Made by a program: the position numbers and the translations under genes. Shown in pieces: positions 27,493 to 37,358 of a DNA stretch of 64,000 bases. Within the stretch, counting starts at the first letter, position 1, and each line of letters starts with the position of its first letter. Under the pieces are notes generated by a model, which ran no database searches, was not told the origin of the DNA, and saw only the letters and a program-made list of their open reading frames with translations. Location of the stretch: assembly GCA_964624475.1 (NCBI GenBank), contig CAZUYC010000083.1:50368-114367 (forward strand), read 5' to 3'. The DNA is from an uncultured Spirochaetales bacterium. GTDB taxonomy: Bacteria > Myxococcota_A > UBA9160 > SMWR01.

Positions 27493-29940
27493 TCAGGGCG
27501 CCGGCCGGCCCTGGTCCGGCTGGCTCCAGTCGCAGACGCCTTGCGGGAAGATCTGCTCGAGGCGCGCCTCCTCGGCGGCGCTCGGCGTCCAGGCGCCGTA
27601 GGCGCCGGCCGCGATGGCTGCGTCCACGCTCTGGAGCCCGCACTTGAAGGTGCCGCCCTCGGTCGGGCCGCCCGCCACCATGCGCGAGTTGCGGTAGGTC
27701 CGGAAGAGCGCCGTGCACGCGCCCGGCGGCTCGGCGTCGAGGATGCCGTCCCAAACGTGATCGCCGGCCGCAATCTCCTGGCCCAGGGTGGTGAAGCAGC
27801 GGTCGACGGCGCGCGGCGGGCGGTTGCCCGCCACACCGAGCCCGGGATTCGCGCGCAGGTTCGCCATCCACTCGTCGATCACCTCGAAGGCCTCGGGCGT
27901 CTGATCGAAGGCGACGCCAGGTCGCGCGTCGGTGAACCAGATCACCTGGTTGTCCGCGTCGCCGCGCGCGAGCTGGAGCCGCCTGCGCGTTGCGAACGAC
28001 TGGTAGCTGTGGTGCATGTCGAGCTGCTCTTCCAGGTAGTGCCGCCAGTCGATCACCGGGATGTCGATGTGGCCGTCGAAGCGCATGCCGCTCTCGTAGG
28101 CGGCGTTGATCGCCTCGAGGCTGCCGCTCCTGCGCGCCGCGGGCGTCACGCCCGCGTCGGGAGAGAGGTTCATGTTGCGCGCGCTCCACGGGTCGAAGTT
28201 CGCGGGGCTGAGCGCCCCGGCGAAGGGGTAGCCCTCGGTCACCATCTGCGCGGGCTCCTTCCAGCTCCCCACCTTGGCGTTCAGGTCGAGGAACTCGGCG
28301 GGGGTGATCACGCCGTCCACGAGCGCCTGGAGCCCGTATTGCACGCCCACGTTGTCCCACGGCGTTCGACCGAAGCCGTCCGCGTCTTCCCCGTAGATGT
28401 TCACGAGGTCGCCGGCGTGGGTCCAATCCACGCCTGCTGCGCCCTGGGCGAGCTTGTCGAGATCGGAGACGTCCGTGAAGGTCGGGTTGAGCACGAGCGG
28501 TGTCAGGCCGAACCAGGCTCGGCGACACTCGGTGAGCGGGGGAGGCGTGGTCGCCAACACAGGCACGGGCTGCGGCCGGTTCAGGCCGAGGCCGAGCAGC
28601 GTGTACAGGGAGTAGAGCCCGTTCCACTGTGCCGCCTGGCCCGCGCTGATGGTGGGCGTGGGGCTCGCGTTGAGCCCCTGGATGGCGCGGCGGTTCAGGA
28701 CGTCGTCCCACTTGTTGTTAAAGCGGTCGGTCTTGTCGAAGTAGTGCTCGAGCAGCTCGCAATCTCCAACGTGGATGGTCTGGGTGATCATGTCGGAGTA
28801 GGAGTACTGCGGGATGGCCGCGTCGATCAGCCCCAGATGGTTCTGCGCGTAGACGTACTGCTGGATCGCTCCGCCGGAGCCACCGACGCCCACGCTGTAG
28901 AGCGGGACGCCGTGGTCCTCGACGAAGTGCTCCTTCAGCATCAGCGCCGTCTCGCCGCCGAGCTGCAGGTTGTAGTGCGTGTTGGTGCGCAGGCCGGTGG
29001 AGTTCAGCACCGCGTAGCCGAGCCGCAACACGTCGTGCAGCAGCATCGCGCTGTCGCTGGTCGTCCCCTGGTGACGCCCGATCGCGACGCCGCCCTGGAG
29101 GCTGAAGACCAGGCGCCCGTTCCACAGCGAATCGTCGGGCTGGTTGGGATCGGTCTCCGTCGTCGGCGCGAGCATCGCCACGCTGTAGACGAAGCGGTTG
29201 ATGGTGCCGCGTTCCCAGCGCACGATGTACGGCACCGTCTGGCCGCCCAGGGTGGTGGTCATCGCGATGTTGGCCGGGAGCGGCCCGCCGGGATTTGCGA
29301 GGGTGGCGAACGCGCCGGCCGTCGTGCGGTACTGGTACTCGATGCGCCGGTTGGCGGCGCAGTTCTTGCTGTAGCCCACGATGGTGGCGAGGGCCGTCGG
29401 GTAGCCGCGCCCGTCGCGCGGGTAGTTCCCGTTGATGTCCTCCTGCGCGACCTTGATGCCGATCATGTCCTGGTTGTCGACGATCGGCTGACCGAGCCCG
29501 ACGCGCGCCGTGGTGCAGACGAAGGGCTGCTGCTGGGGACCGGAGAAGATCGGCCCGCCGATCGGATGGTTGGTGACAACCAGCTGCGCCTCCACCACCA
29601 TGTCTTCCGCGCTCGGCACCAACTCGAGCAGGTTCTCGCCGACGGTGAACCCCTCGACCACGCCCAGCAGATCTTCACCGTCGGGGTCGAGCGAGCCCGT
29701 CACGTCCACTCCGTTGAGCAGCAAGATCGCGTTCTTCTTGATCTTGCCTCCCGGAAACCCGACCCGCACCAGGGCATCGCCGCCGCTCACCTGATCGGGC
29801 ACGCTGGAGAGGATCTCGATCGTCCAGCCGCCGGCCCGCGCGGGGGTGGGCCCGACGGCCACGAGAAGCATCGCCAGCAGGGCGCCGAGCGCGGCGAGGG
29901 AGCGGTTTCGCGGGGTGGAAATGCAACGAAGAGACGGCAT
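27493..29940 (-). CDS. Large secreted alpha/beta-hydrolase-like protein (DUF6351/tannase-like)
   Basis: Signal peptide, SVPDQVSGGDALV, nucleophile elbow GGSGG, Cys pairs, C-terminal GVCDWSQP. Confidence 0.75.
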   Translation of the reverse strand: MPSLRCISTPRNRSLAALGALLAMLLVAVGPTPARAGGWTIEILSSVPDQVSGGDALVRVGFPGGKIKKNAILLLNGVDVTGSLDPDGEDLLGVVEGFTVGENLLELVPSAEDMVVEAQLVVTNHPIGGPIFSGPQQQPFVCTTARVGLGQPIVDNQDMIGIKVAQEDINGNYPRDGRGYPTALATIVGYSKNCAANRRIEYQYRTTAGAFATLANPGGPLPANIAMTTTLGGQTVPYIVRWERGTINRFVYSVAMLAPTTETDPNQPDDSLWNGRLVFSLQGGVAIGRHQGTTSDSAMLLHDVLRLGYAVLNSTGLRTNTHYNLQLGGETALMLKEHFVEDHGVPLYSVGVGGSGGAIQQYVYAQNHLGLIDAAIPQYSYSDMITQTIHVGDCELLEHYFDKTDRFNNKWDDVLNRRAIQGLNASPTPTISAGQAAQWNGLYSLYTLLGLGLNRPQPVPVLATTPPPLTECRRAWFGLTPLVLNPTFTDVSDLDKLAQGAAGVDWTHAGDLVNIYGEDADGFGRTPWDNVGVQYGLQALVDGVITPAEFLDLNAKVGSWKEPAQMVTEGYPFAGALSPANFDPWSARNMNLSPDAGVTPAARRSGSLEAINAAYESGMRFDGHIDIPVIDWRHYLEEQLDMHHSYQSFATRRRLQLARGDADNQVIWFTDARPGVAFDQTPEAFEVIDEWMANLRANPGLGVAGNRPPRAVDRCFTTLGQEIAAGDHVWDGILDAEPPGACTALFRTYRNSRMVAGGPTEGGTFKCGLQSVDAAIAAGAYGAWTPSAAEEARLEQIFPQGVCDWSQPDQGRPAP

Positions 29941-30087
29941 CGGAGCCTCCTGACGCGCAGTGCGGGGGCGCCACGCTACGGCCGGGACGGCTCCCGTGTC
30001 AACACGAAAATCCGACCCCCTCCGTCGGGGGCCTCTGCGTCAGGCTGCGGCGATCCGCTCCGGATGCGGGATGCCCGCGGGGCGCGT

Positions 30088-31548
30088 TCATCCGGGCGCC
30101 CGCCCGAGCCGCGCGTCGCGGAGCGTCGAGCGGCGGACCTTCCCGGCGTCGTCGCGCAGCGGCTCGGCGACGCGCTCGAAGCTCTTCGGGATCTTGCTGG
30201 CGGCCAGGTGCTTGGCGAGGTGCTCGCGCAGCTCCGCCGCGTCGATCTCGGCCTCCGCCTCGTAGATCGCGTGCAGGCGCTGGCCGAGGTCCTCGTCGGG
30301 GAGGCCGACCACCGCGCTCGACCGCACGCGGGCGTGGGCGTCGAGCGCCGCCTCGACCTCGGCCGGGTACACGTTCGCGCCACCCACCAGGACCATGTCG
30401 CTCTGTCGATCGACGAGAAAGAGATAGCCCTCGGCGTCCAGGGAACCGAGGTCGCCGAGCGTCTCCCAGCCGTCGGCCGTGGCGGTGGGCTCGGCGCCGA
30501 GGTAGCGGTAGGTCGTGCCGCGGCCGCCCGGGGGCATCATGTAGACGAGTCCGACCTCGCCCGGCGCGCACTCGCGCCGGTGCTCGTCGAGGATGCGGAT
30601 GCGGCGGCCTCCGGTCGGCCGTCCGACGGAGCCCGGGTGGGCGAGCCACTCCGTGCCGGAGATCAGCGTGCCCGCGATGCGCTCCGACCCGCCGTAGGCC
30701 TCGAAGATCCGCTCGGGCCCGAGCCAGCCGATCCACGCGCGTTTGAGCCAGGCGGGGCTCGGCGCGCCGGTGCACATCACGCGCCGGAGCGACGAGAGGT
30801 CGAAGCGAACGCGCTCCGCCTCGGGCAGGCGCCAGATGCGCTGCATCATCGTCGGCACGAAGAGCACCCAGTCGACGCGGTGCTCCTCGATGAGCTCGAG
30901 GCAGCGGAGCGGATCGAAGCGGGAGAGCAGGACCACCTTCCCACCGAAGAGGAGCGCCTGCCAGGCCGTGATGAAGGGTCCGGCGTGATGGAGCGGCCCC
31001 GGCACGAGCACCGTCCCGTCGCGCTGCATGGCGTTCTCGGGCCGCTCGGGGTCGGCCGTCGCGGGCACGAGCTCGAGGATGAGCTTCGGGCGCCCGGTGC
31101 TCCCGCCCGAGGTCATGCAGCGCACGTGGCTCGGGACCACGTCCGGTAGCGGCCCGTCCGGGAGCGAGGGGTCGGGGGAGAAGCGGGCGGCGAGCGTCGG
31201 GCGCCCGGGGCAATCCTCCGGGTCGACGCCGACGGCGAGCGCCGGGCGCGCCAGCTCGAGGATCGCGCGGCGCTCGAGCGCTGGAAGCCGCGACGAGATC
31301 GGCTGCGGAGTCGCGCCGAGCTTCCAGGTCGCGAGGCAGGCGACGAAGAACTCGATCCCGTTCGGGAGCCCGAGCGTCACGAGGCTGCCCGCGCGCACGC
31401 CCCGCGCGGCGTAGTCGCGGGCGAGGCGGTTGCTCCGGCGCTCGAGCTCGCCGCGCGTGATCCGCTCGCCCTCGTGGACGATCGCGACGCGCTCCGGGTC
31501 GCGCTCGGCGTGCCAGGCCAGGGCCCGCCCGTAGGAGAGAACCGGCAC
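30088..31548 (-). CDS. AMP-binding acyl-CoA ligase (bile acid-CoA ligase-like)
   Basis: TSGGSTGRPK, YGGSE, LGDLG, GGANVYPAEVE, KIPK, GKVRR. Confidence 0.9.
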   Translation of the reverse strand: MPVLSYGRALAWHAERDPERVAIVHEGERITRGELERRSNRLARDYAARGVRAGSLVTLGLPNGIEFFVACLATWKLGATPQPISSRLPALERRAILELARPALAVGVDPEDCPGRPTLAARFSPDPSLPDGPLPDVVPSHVRCMTSGGSTGRPKLILELVPATADPERPENAMQRDGTVLVPGPLHHAGPFITAWQALLFGGKVVLLSRFDPLRCLELIEEHRVDWVLFVPTMMQRIWRLPEAERVRFDLSSLRRVMCTGAPSPAWLKRAWIGWLGPERIFEAYGGSERIAGTLISGTEWLAHPGSVGRPTGGRRIRILDEHRRECAPGEVGLVYMMPPGGRGTTYRYLGAEPTATADGWETLGDLGSLDAEGYLFLVDRQSDMVLVGGANVYPAEVEAALDAHARVRSSAVVGLPDEDLGQRLHAIYEAEAEIDAAELREHLAKHLAASKIPKSFERVAEPLRDDAGKVRRSTLRDARLGRAPG

Positions 31549-31661
31549 CGCGCCTCCGCGGGGGCCGGCGCCGGCCGCGCAGCCCCCTTTTCGAGACGGA
31601 GCGTATCAGATATGATCGCCGCCTCGCCCGCCCGCGCAGGGTCCCCCGGAGGCTCTCCCGC

Positions 31662-32528
31662 TTGGACAAGCGCATCACGGCCGCCGAGATCGCGGCCGAG
31701 CTCCGCGACGGCATGACGCTCGGCATCGGGGGCTGGGGCTCCCGGCGCAAGCCCATGGCGCTCGTGCGCGAGATCCTGCGCTCGCCGGTGCGCGATCTGA
31801 CCGTCGTCTCGTACGGCGGGCCCGACGTGGGGCTGCTCTGCGCCGCGGGCAAGCTGCGCAAGGTGGTCTACGGCTTCGTCTCGCTCGACTCGATCCCGCT
31901 CGAGCCGAACTTCCGCAAGGCGCGCCAGGCGGGGAGCATCGAGGCGGTGGAGCTCGACGAGGGGATGCTCCAGTGGGGACTCTACGCCGCGACGCTGCGC
32001 CTCCCGTTCCTGCCGACGCGCGCCGGCCTCGGCTCGGACGTGCTCCGGCTCCAGCCGTGGCTGCGCACGGTGCGCTCGCCGTACGCGGACGGCGAGGAGC
32101 TGGTCGCCGTGCCGGCCATCGAGCTCGACCTGGCGCTCGTCCACATGAACCGCGCCGACGTCAAGGGCAACGCGAGCTTCCTCGGGCCCGACCTCTACTT
32201 CGACGATCTCCTGCTCGGAGCGGCGAAACGCCGCTTCGTCTCCTGCGAGAAGCTGGTGGCGACGGAGGAACTCGCGCGCGAGGGCTCGTTCCACGCGCTC
32301 CGCATCCACCGCGGCATGGTCGACGGTGTGGTCGAGACGCCGCGCGGCGCGCACTTCACCGAGTGTCCCCCCGACTACGGCCGCGACGAGGCCTTCCAGA
32401 CCGAGTACGCGAACGCGGCCCGCGACGCCGAGGCCTGGAGCTCCTTCGAGCAGCGCTACCTCGCGCTCGAGAGCGAGTCGGAGTACCAGCGCGCCGTCGC
32501 CGCGCACGCCGCCGGAGGGGTCCGGTGA
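31662..32528 (+). CDS. ipdA: IpdA (CoA-transferase fold alpha subunit, steroid C-ring hydrolase)
   Basis: GIGGWGSRRKPMALVREILRS, GFVSLDS, GAHFT...PDYGRD; context of ipdB, ipdC and echA20. Confidence 0.9.
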   Translation: MDKRITAAEIAAELRDGMTLGIGGWGSRRKPMALVREILRSPVRDLTVVSYGGPDVGLLCAAGKLRKVVYGFVSLDSIPLEPNFRKARQAGSIEAVELDEGMLQWGLYAATLRLPFLPTRAGLGSDVLRLQPWLRTVRSPYADGEELVAVPAIELDLALVHMNRADVKGNASFLGPDLYFDDLLLGAAKRRFVSCEKLVATEELAREGSFHALRIHRGMVDGVVETPRGAHFTECPPDYGRDEAFQTEYANAARDAEAWSSFEQRYLALESESEYQRAVAAHAAGGVR

Positions 32529-33289
32529 GCCGCTACACGCGCGCCGAGCTCTGCGCCGTCGCGATCGCGGAGGCCTTCCGCGGCGACGGCGAGGTGCTGG
32601 TGAGCCCGATCGGGAACCTGCCGCAGATCGGAGCGCGCCTGGCGAAGGCGAGCTTCGCTCCGGATCTGCTGCTCACCGACGGCGTGGCCTTCCTGGTGGA
32701 GGACGTCCAGCCCCTCGGCGTCGCCGCAGCCGCCCCGGTCGTCGAGGGCTACCTGCCCTACCGGAGCGTCTTCGACACGGTCTGGGCGGGCCGGCGCCAC
32801 GTGATGATGGGCGCGACGCAGATCGACCGCTTCGGCAACCAGAACATCTCCTGCATCGGCGAGTTCCAGAAGCCGAAGGCGCAGCTGCTCGGCATGCGCG
32901 GAGCCCCCGGCAACACGATCAACCATCCGACCAGCTACTGGGTGCCGAACCACTCGACGGCGGTCTTCGTGCCGAGGGTCGACGTCGTCTGCGGCGTCGG
33001 CTACGACCGCGCCGCGCTCCTCGGCCCGCGCGCGTCGCGCTTCCACGAGATCCGCTGCGTGGTCTCGAACCTCGGGGTCTTCGACTTCGCGACCCCGGAG
33101 CGCTCGATGCGCCTGCGCTCGGTCCACCCGGGCTCGAGCGTCGAGGAGATCCGCGAGCAGACGGGCTTCCCGCTCGTCGTGCCGGACGGCGTGCTCTGGT
33201 CCCGCGAGCCGAGCGACGAGGAGCTGCGGCTCCTGCGCGAGAGGATCGACCCGAAAGGGCTGCGCGAGCGCGAGATCCGCGCCTCTTGA
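32525..33289 (+). CDS. ipdB: IpdB (beta subunit)
   Basis: TRAELCAVAIAEAFRGDGE, QIDRFGNQNIS, LLGMRGAPGNT, SYWVPNHS; GTGA overlap with ipdA. Confidence 0.9.
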   Translation: MSRYTRAELCAVAIAEAFRGDGEVLVSPIGNLPQIGARLAKASFAPDLLLTDGVAFLVEDVQPLGVAAAAPVVEGYLPYRSVFDTVWAGRRHVMMGATQIDRFGNQNISCIGEFQKPKAQLLGMRGAPGNTINHPTSYWVPNHSTAVFVPRVDVVCGVGYDRAALLGPRASRFHEIRCVVSNLGVFDFATPERSMRLRSVHPGSSVEEIREQTGFPLVVPDGVLWSREPSDEELRLLRERIDPKGLREREIRAS

Positions 33290-33307
33290 GCGCCTAGAAG
33301 GCCCCCG

Positions 33308-34363
33308 ATGGCCTCCCCCCTCCACACGAAGCTCTGCGATCTCCTGGGCATGCGCTACCCGATCCTCCAGACGGGGATGGGCTGGGTGGCGACGCCCGAG
33401 CTCACGGCGGCGGCCTGCAACGCGGGGGCCTTCGGCTTCCTCGCCGCCGCGACGATCCCGCCGCCCGAGGTCGCCGCGGCGATCGAGCAGGTGAAGCGCC
33501 TCACCGACCGGCCCTTCGGCGTGAACTTCCTGATGGACGCGCCGGGCGCCGACGCGATCGCCGACGCGATCATCCGCCTGCGCGTCCGCGCCGCCGGCTA
33601 CAACCGCGCGCCGAACCCGAAGATCGTCGCGCGCCTCAAGGAGGCCGGCGTCGCGTGCGTCCCGACCTGCGGCGCGCCGCGCCACGCGGTCAAGGCGCAG
33701 CAGCTCGGCGCCGACGCGATCATCGCGCAGGGCGGCGAGGGGGGAGGGCACACCGGCACCTTCCCGACCTCGCTGCTCGTCCCGGCCTGCGTCGACGCGG
33801 TGGACGTCCCGGTCGTAGCCGCCGGCGGCTTCCGCGACGGCCGCGGCCTCGTCGCGGCCCTCGCCTGGGGCGCGGCGGGAATCGCGATGGGCACGCGCTT
33901 CCTGCTGACGCGCGAGAGCCCCGTGCCCGAGGTCTCGGCGAAGCGCTACCTCGAGGCCCGGGTCGACGACGTGCTGGTGACGGATCGCATCGACGGGCTC
34001 CCGCAGCGCGTCGTGCGCAACGAGCTCGTGGCTCGGCTCGAGAGGAGCAGCGCTCCGCTGCTGCTCTTGCGCGCACTGCGGAGCGCGCTCGCGTACCGCA
34101 AGGTCTCGGGCGCCTCGCTCCCGGAGCTCCTGCGCTCGGCCTTTGCCCTGCGCCAGCGCGAGCGGCTCACGCGCTCGCAGATGCTTCTGGCGGCGAACGC
34201 TCCGATGCTGGCCAAGCGCGGCGTGCTCGACGGCGACCCGGTGGGGGGCTACCTCCCGAGCGGGACGGTGGCCGGACTGATCGACGACCGCCCGAGCTGC
34301 GCGGAGCTCGTCGGGCGCATCGTGGAAGAGGCGGAGCGCACGCTCGCGGCGCTCTGCGGCTGA
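33308..34363 (+). CDS. ipdC: IpdC (nitronate-monooxygenase-fold FMN protein)
   Basis: PILQTGMGWVA, QGGEGGGHTG, AAGGFRDGRG, MGTRFLLTRES. Confidence 0.85.
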   Translation: MASPLHTKLCDLLGMRYPILQTGMGWVATPELTAAACNAGAFGFLAAATIPPPEVAAAIEQVKRLTDRPFGVNFLMDAPGADAIADAIIRLRVRAAGYNRAPNPKIVARLKEAGVACVPTCGAPRHAVKAQQLGADAIIAQGGEGGGHTGTFPTSLLVPACVDAVDVPVVAAGGFRDGRGLVAALAWGAAGIAMGTRFLLTRESPVPEVSAKRYLEARVDDVLVTDRIDGLPQRVVRNELVARLERSSAPLLLLRALRSALAYRKVSGASLPELLRSAFALRQRERLTRSQMLLAANAPMLAKRGVLDGDPVGGYLPSGTVAGLIDDRPSCAELVGRIVEEAERTLAALCG

Positions 34364-34372
34364 GGGGGATCG

Positions 34373-35134
34373 ATGGCCTTCGACGTGAAGCTCGAGGACG
34401 GGGTGGCCGAGGTCGTGCTCGACAAGCCCCCGGTGAACGCGCTCGCGAGCTTCGAGTGGGCGGCGCTCGCCGAGCGCTTCGCGGCCCTCGGCCGCGACCC
34501 GCAGGTGCGCGCGGTCGTGCTCGCGGCCGAGGGCCGCGGCTTCTGCGCCGGCGTCGACATCAAGGAGCTCGACGCGGACAGCTCGCGCATCACGGCCGTG
34601 AACCGCGGCTGCTACGACGCCTTCGCGGCCGTGCACGATTGCCCGGTGCCGGTCGTCGCCGCGCCGCACGGCTTCTGCCTCGGCGGCGGAATCGGGCTCG
34701 TCGGCGCCTCGGACCTGATCGTCGCCGCCGAGGACGCGAGCTTCGGCCTGCCCGAGATCGACCGCGGCGCGCTCGGGGCCGCGACGCACCTGATGCGGAT
34801 GTTCGGGATCTGGAAGGCGCGGCGCATGCTCTACACCGGCGAGCCGATCGGCGCGCAGGAGGCCTTCCGGCTCGGCGCCCTCGACGCCGTGGTCCCGCGC
34901 GCGGAGCTGCGCGGCGCGGCGCGCGCGCTGGCGCTGAAGATCGCCGCGAAGAGCCCGCGGGCGGTGCGCCTCGCCAAGGAGTCGCTCAACGGCATCGAGC
35001 TCCTCGACCTGAAGCGGAGCTACCGCTTCGAGCAGGGCTTCACGCTCGAGCTCTACACCTCGCCGGACTCGGCCGAGGCGCGCCGGGCCTTCGTCGAGAA
35101 GCGCGACGCGCGCTTCGGCAAGGAAGGCGGCTAG
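34373..35134 (+). CDS. echA20: Enoyl-CoA hydratase EchA20-like
   Basis: PPVNAL, FCAGVDIKEL, FGLPEIDRGALGAATHL, SYRFEQGFT. Confidence 0.88.
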   Translation: MAFDVKLEDGVAEVVLDKPPVNALASFEWAALAERFAALGRDPQVRAVVLAAEGRGFCAGVDIKELDADSSRITAVNRGCYDAFAAVHDCPVPVVAAPHGFCLGGGIGLVGASDLIVAAEDASFGLPEIDRGALGAATHLMRMFGIWKARRMLYTGEPIGAQEAFRLGALDAVVPRAELRGAARALALKIAAKSPRAVRLAKESLNGIELLDLKRSYRFEQGFTLELYTSPDSAEARRAFVEKRDARFGKEGG

Positions 35135-36291
35135 TGGACCTGCGCTACACGCCGCAGCAGGAGGCCTTCCGCCGCGAGGCGCGGGAGTGGCTCGCGGCCC
35201 ACGTGCCGAAGGAGCCACTCCACTCCTTCGACACGCAGGAGGGCTTCGAAGAGCACCGCGAGTGGGAGCGCCGGCTGCACGCCGGCGGCTTCGCGATGGT
35301 GCCCTGGCCGGTCGAGTACGGCGGCCGAGGCGCGGACCTCCTCGAGTGGCTCGTCTTCGAGGAGGAGTACTACCGCGCGAATGCACCCGGCCGCGTCAAT
35401 CAAAACGGGATCTTCCTGCTCGGCCCGACGCTGATGGAGTACGGGACGTCGGCGCAGAAGGCGCGCTACCTGCCGAAGATGGCGTCGAGCGAGGAGGTCT
35501 GGGCGCAGGGCTGGTCGGAGCCGAACGCCGGCAGCGACATGGCCGCGATCCAGGCTACCGCGATCCGCGACGGCGACCGCTACGTCCTGCGCGGCCAGAA
35601 GACCTGGGCATCGCGCGGGGCCTTCGCCCACTGGATGTTCGGCCTCTTCCGCACCGACCCCGAGAGCGAGCGCCATCACGGCCTCTCCTTCCTGCTGGTC
35701 CCGCTCGACCTGCCCGGCGTCCTGGTGCGGCCGATCCGCAAGCTCAACGGCAAGGCCGCCTTCGCCGAGGTCTTCTTCGACGGCGCGCGCGTCCCGGTCG
35801 AGAACCTGCTCGGGCGCGAAGGCGAGGGCTGGAGCGTCGCGATGTCGACCGCGGGCTTCGAGCGCGGGCTCATGCTGCGGAGCCCCGCGCGCTTCCAGGC
35901 GACGGCCGCGAAGCTCACGGCACTCTGGCGCGAGAGCGCCGAGCTCTGCGACCCGTCGCTGCGCCGCCGCGTCGTCGAGTGCTGGATGGCCGCCGAGGCC
36001 TACACGCTCGAGACCTACCGCACCGTCTCGCGGCTCCTGGCCGGCGGCAAGATCGGAGCGGAGGCCAGTCTCAACAAGATCTTCTGGTCCGAGCTCGACC
36101 TGCGCATGCACGAGACGGCGCTCGAGATCCTGGGCTGGCGCGGGGAGCTCTTGCCCGAGGCCGAGCTGGCGGAAGGCGTGGGCGAGTGGCTCGACGGCTA
36201 CTACTTCGCCCTCGCCGGCCCGATCTACGCCGGCACCAACGAGATCCAGCGCAACGTGATCGCCGAGCGCCTGCTCGGGCTCCCGCGCTAG
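35134..36291 (+). CDS. fadE31: Acyl-CoA dehydrogenase FadE31-like
   Basis: FEEEYYRANAPGR, WAQGWSEP, LRSPARF, GPIYAGTNEIQRN; GTG overlaps the echA20 stop. Confidence 0.8.
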   Translation: MDLRYTPQQEAFRREAREWLAAHVPKEPLHSFDTQEGFEEHREWERRLHAGGFAMVPWPVEYGGRGADLLEWLVFEEEYYRANAPGRVNQNGIFLLGPTLMEYGTSAQKARYLPKMASSEEVWAQGWSEPNAGSDMAAIQATAIRDGDRYVLRGQKTWASRGAFAHWMFGLFRTDPESERHHGLSFLLVPLDLPGVLVRPIRKLNGKAAFAEVFFDGARVPVENLLGREGEGWSVAMSTAGFERGLMLRSPARFQATAAKLTALWRESAELCDPSLRRRVVECWMAAEAYTLETYRTVSRLLAGGKIGAEASLNKIFWSELDLRMHETALEILGWRGELLPEAELAEGVGEWLDGYYFALAGPIYAGTNEIQRNVIAERLLGLPR

Positions 36292-36296
36292 CGCCG

Positions 36297-37349
36297 ATGC
36301 AGTTCCTCTTCAGCGAAGACCAGCTCGCACTCCAGCGGACCGTGCGCGACTTCCTCGCCGGCGAGTGCCCGCCGGAGCGGATCCGCGCGCTCTGGGAGAG
36401 CGAGTCGGGACGCTCGGCCGAGCTCTGGGGCAAGCTCGCGGAGCTCGGGATCCCGGGCCTGCTGGCGCCGGCAGATCGCGGTGGGATGGGCCAGGACGAG
36501 ACGGACGCCGTGCTCCTCCACGAGGAGGTCGGCCGCGCCGCGCTCGCGGAGCCGCTCGTCTCGACGGCGGCCGTGGCGGTGCCGCTCCTCGTCGAGATCG
36601 GCGACGCGGATCTCGCTGGCTCGTGCCTCGAGCGGATCGCGGCCGGCGTGGCGATCGTCGCAGTCGGGCACGCCGCGAGCCCCCTCGTCGCTGACGCACA
36701 CGTGGCGCAGCTGCTGCTCCTGCCGTACGGCGACGAGATCCACGCCGTGGATCCGGCCGGCGCCGAGATCGCGGCGCAGCCCGCCACGGACCCCGCGCAG
36801 CGCCTCTTCCGCGTGGGCTGGAAGCCGCGCGAGTCGACCCGCCTCGCCGAGGGCGCGCGCGGCCGCGCGCTCCAGGCCGCCGCGCTCGACCGCGGATCCC
36901 TCGCCTGCGCGGCGCAGCTCGTGGGCGTCGGCGACCGGCTGCTCCAGATGGCCTCGGCCTACGCCGTGCAGAGGCACCAGTTCGGCAAGCCCATCGGCTC
37001 CTTCCAGGCCGTGAAGCACCAGCTCGCGAGCGTGAAGGTGGCCGTCGAGTACGCGCGACCGGTGGTGCACCGCGCGGCCTGGTCGGTGGCGCAGGCCGTC
37101 CCCGGGCGCGCGCTCCACGTCTCGATGGCCAAGATCGCGGCCGCGGAGGCGGCGGCCGCCGCCGCGCGCACGGCCCTCCAGGTGCACGGCGCGATCGGCT
37201 ACACCTGGGAGCAGGACCTGCACATCTGGATGCGCCGGGCGTGGTCGCTCGGCAACGCCTGGGGCACGAGCGCCTTCCACCGCGACCGCGTGGCGCAGGC
37301 GGTCCTCGCCCGGGACGCAGAGCTCGGGCCCGGAACCACCTTCCGCTAG
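36297..37349 (+). CDS. fadE32: Acyl-CoA dehydrogenase FadE32-like (short subunit)
   Basis: MQFLFSEDQ, QFGKPIGSFQAVKH, QVHGAIGYTWE, AWGT..HR. Confidence 0.75.
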   Translation: MQFLFSEDQLALQRTVRDFLAGECPPERIRALWESESGRSAELWGKLAELGIPGLLAPADRGGMGQDETDAVLLHEEVGRAALAEPLVSTAAVAVPLLVEIGDADLAGSCLERIAAGVAIVAVGHAASPLVADAHVAQLLLLPYGDEIHAVDPAGAEIAAQPATDPAQRLFRVGWKPRESTRLAEGARGRALQAAALDRGSLACAAQLVGVGDRLLQMASAYAVQRHQFGKPIGSFQAVKHQLASVKVAVEYARPVVHRAAWSVAQAVPGRALHVSMAKIAAAEAAAAAARTALQVHGAIGYTWEQDLHIWMRRAWSLGNAWGTSAFHRDRVAQAVLARDAELGPGTTFR

Positions 37350-37358
37350 GAGACCAGC

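Noticed and set aside
27427-31149. 1240-aa plus-strand ORF and similar long ORFs (36288..39767, 43479..46619, 43544..46822, 32456..35386)
   Set aside because: Antisense or off-frame shadows of well-supported genes, expected at this GC content; no motifs.
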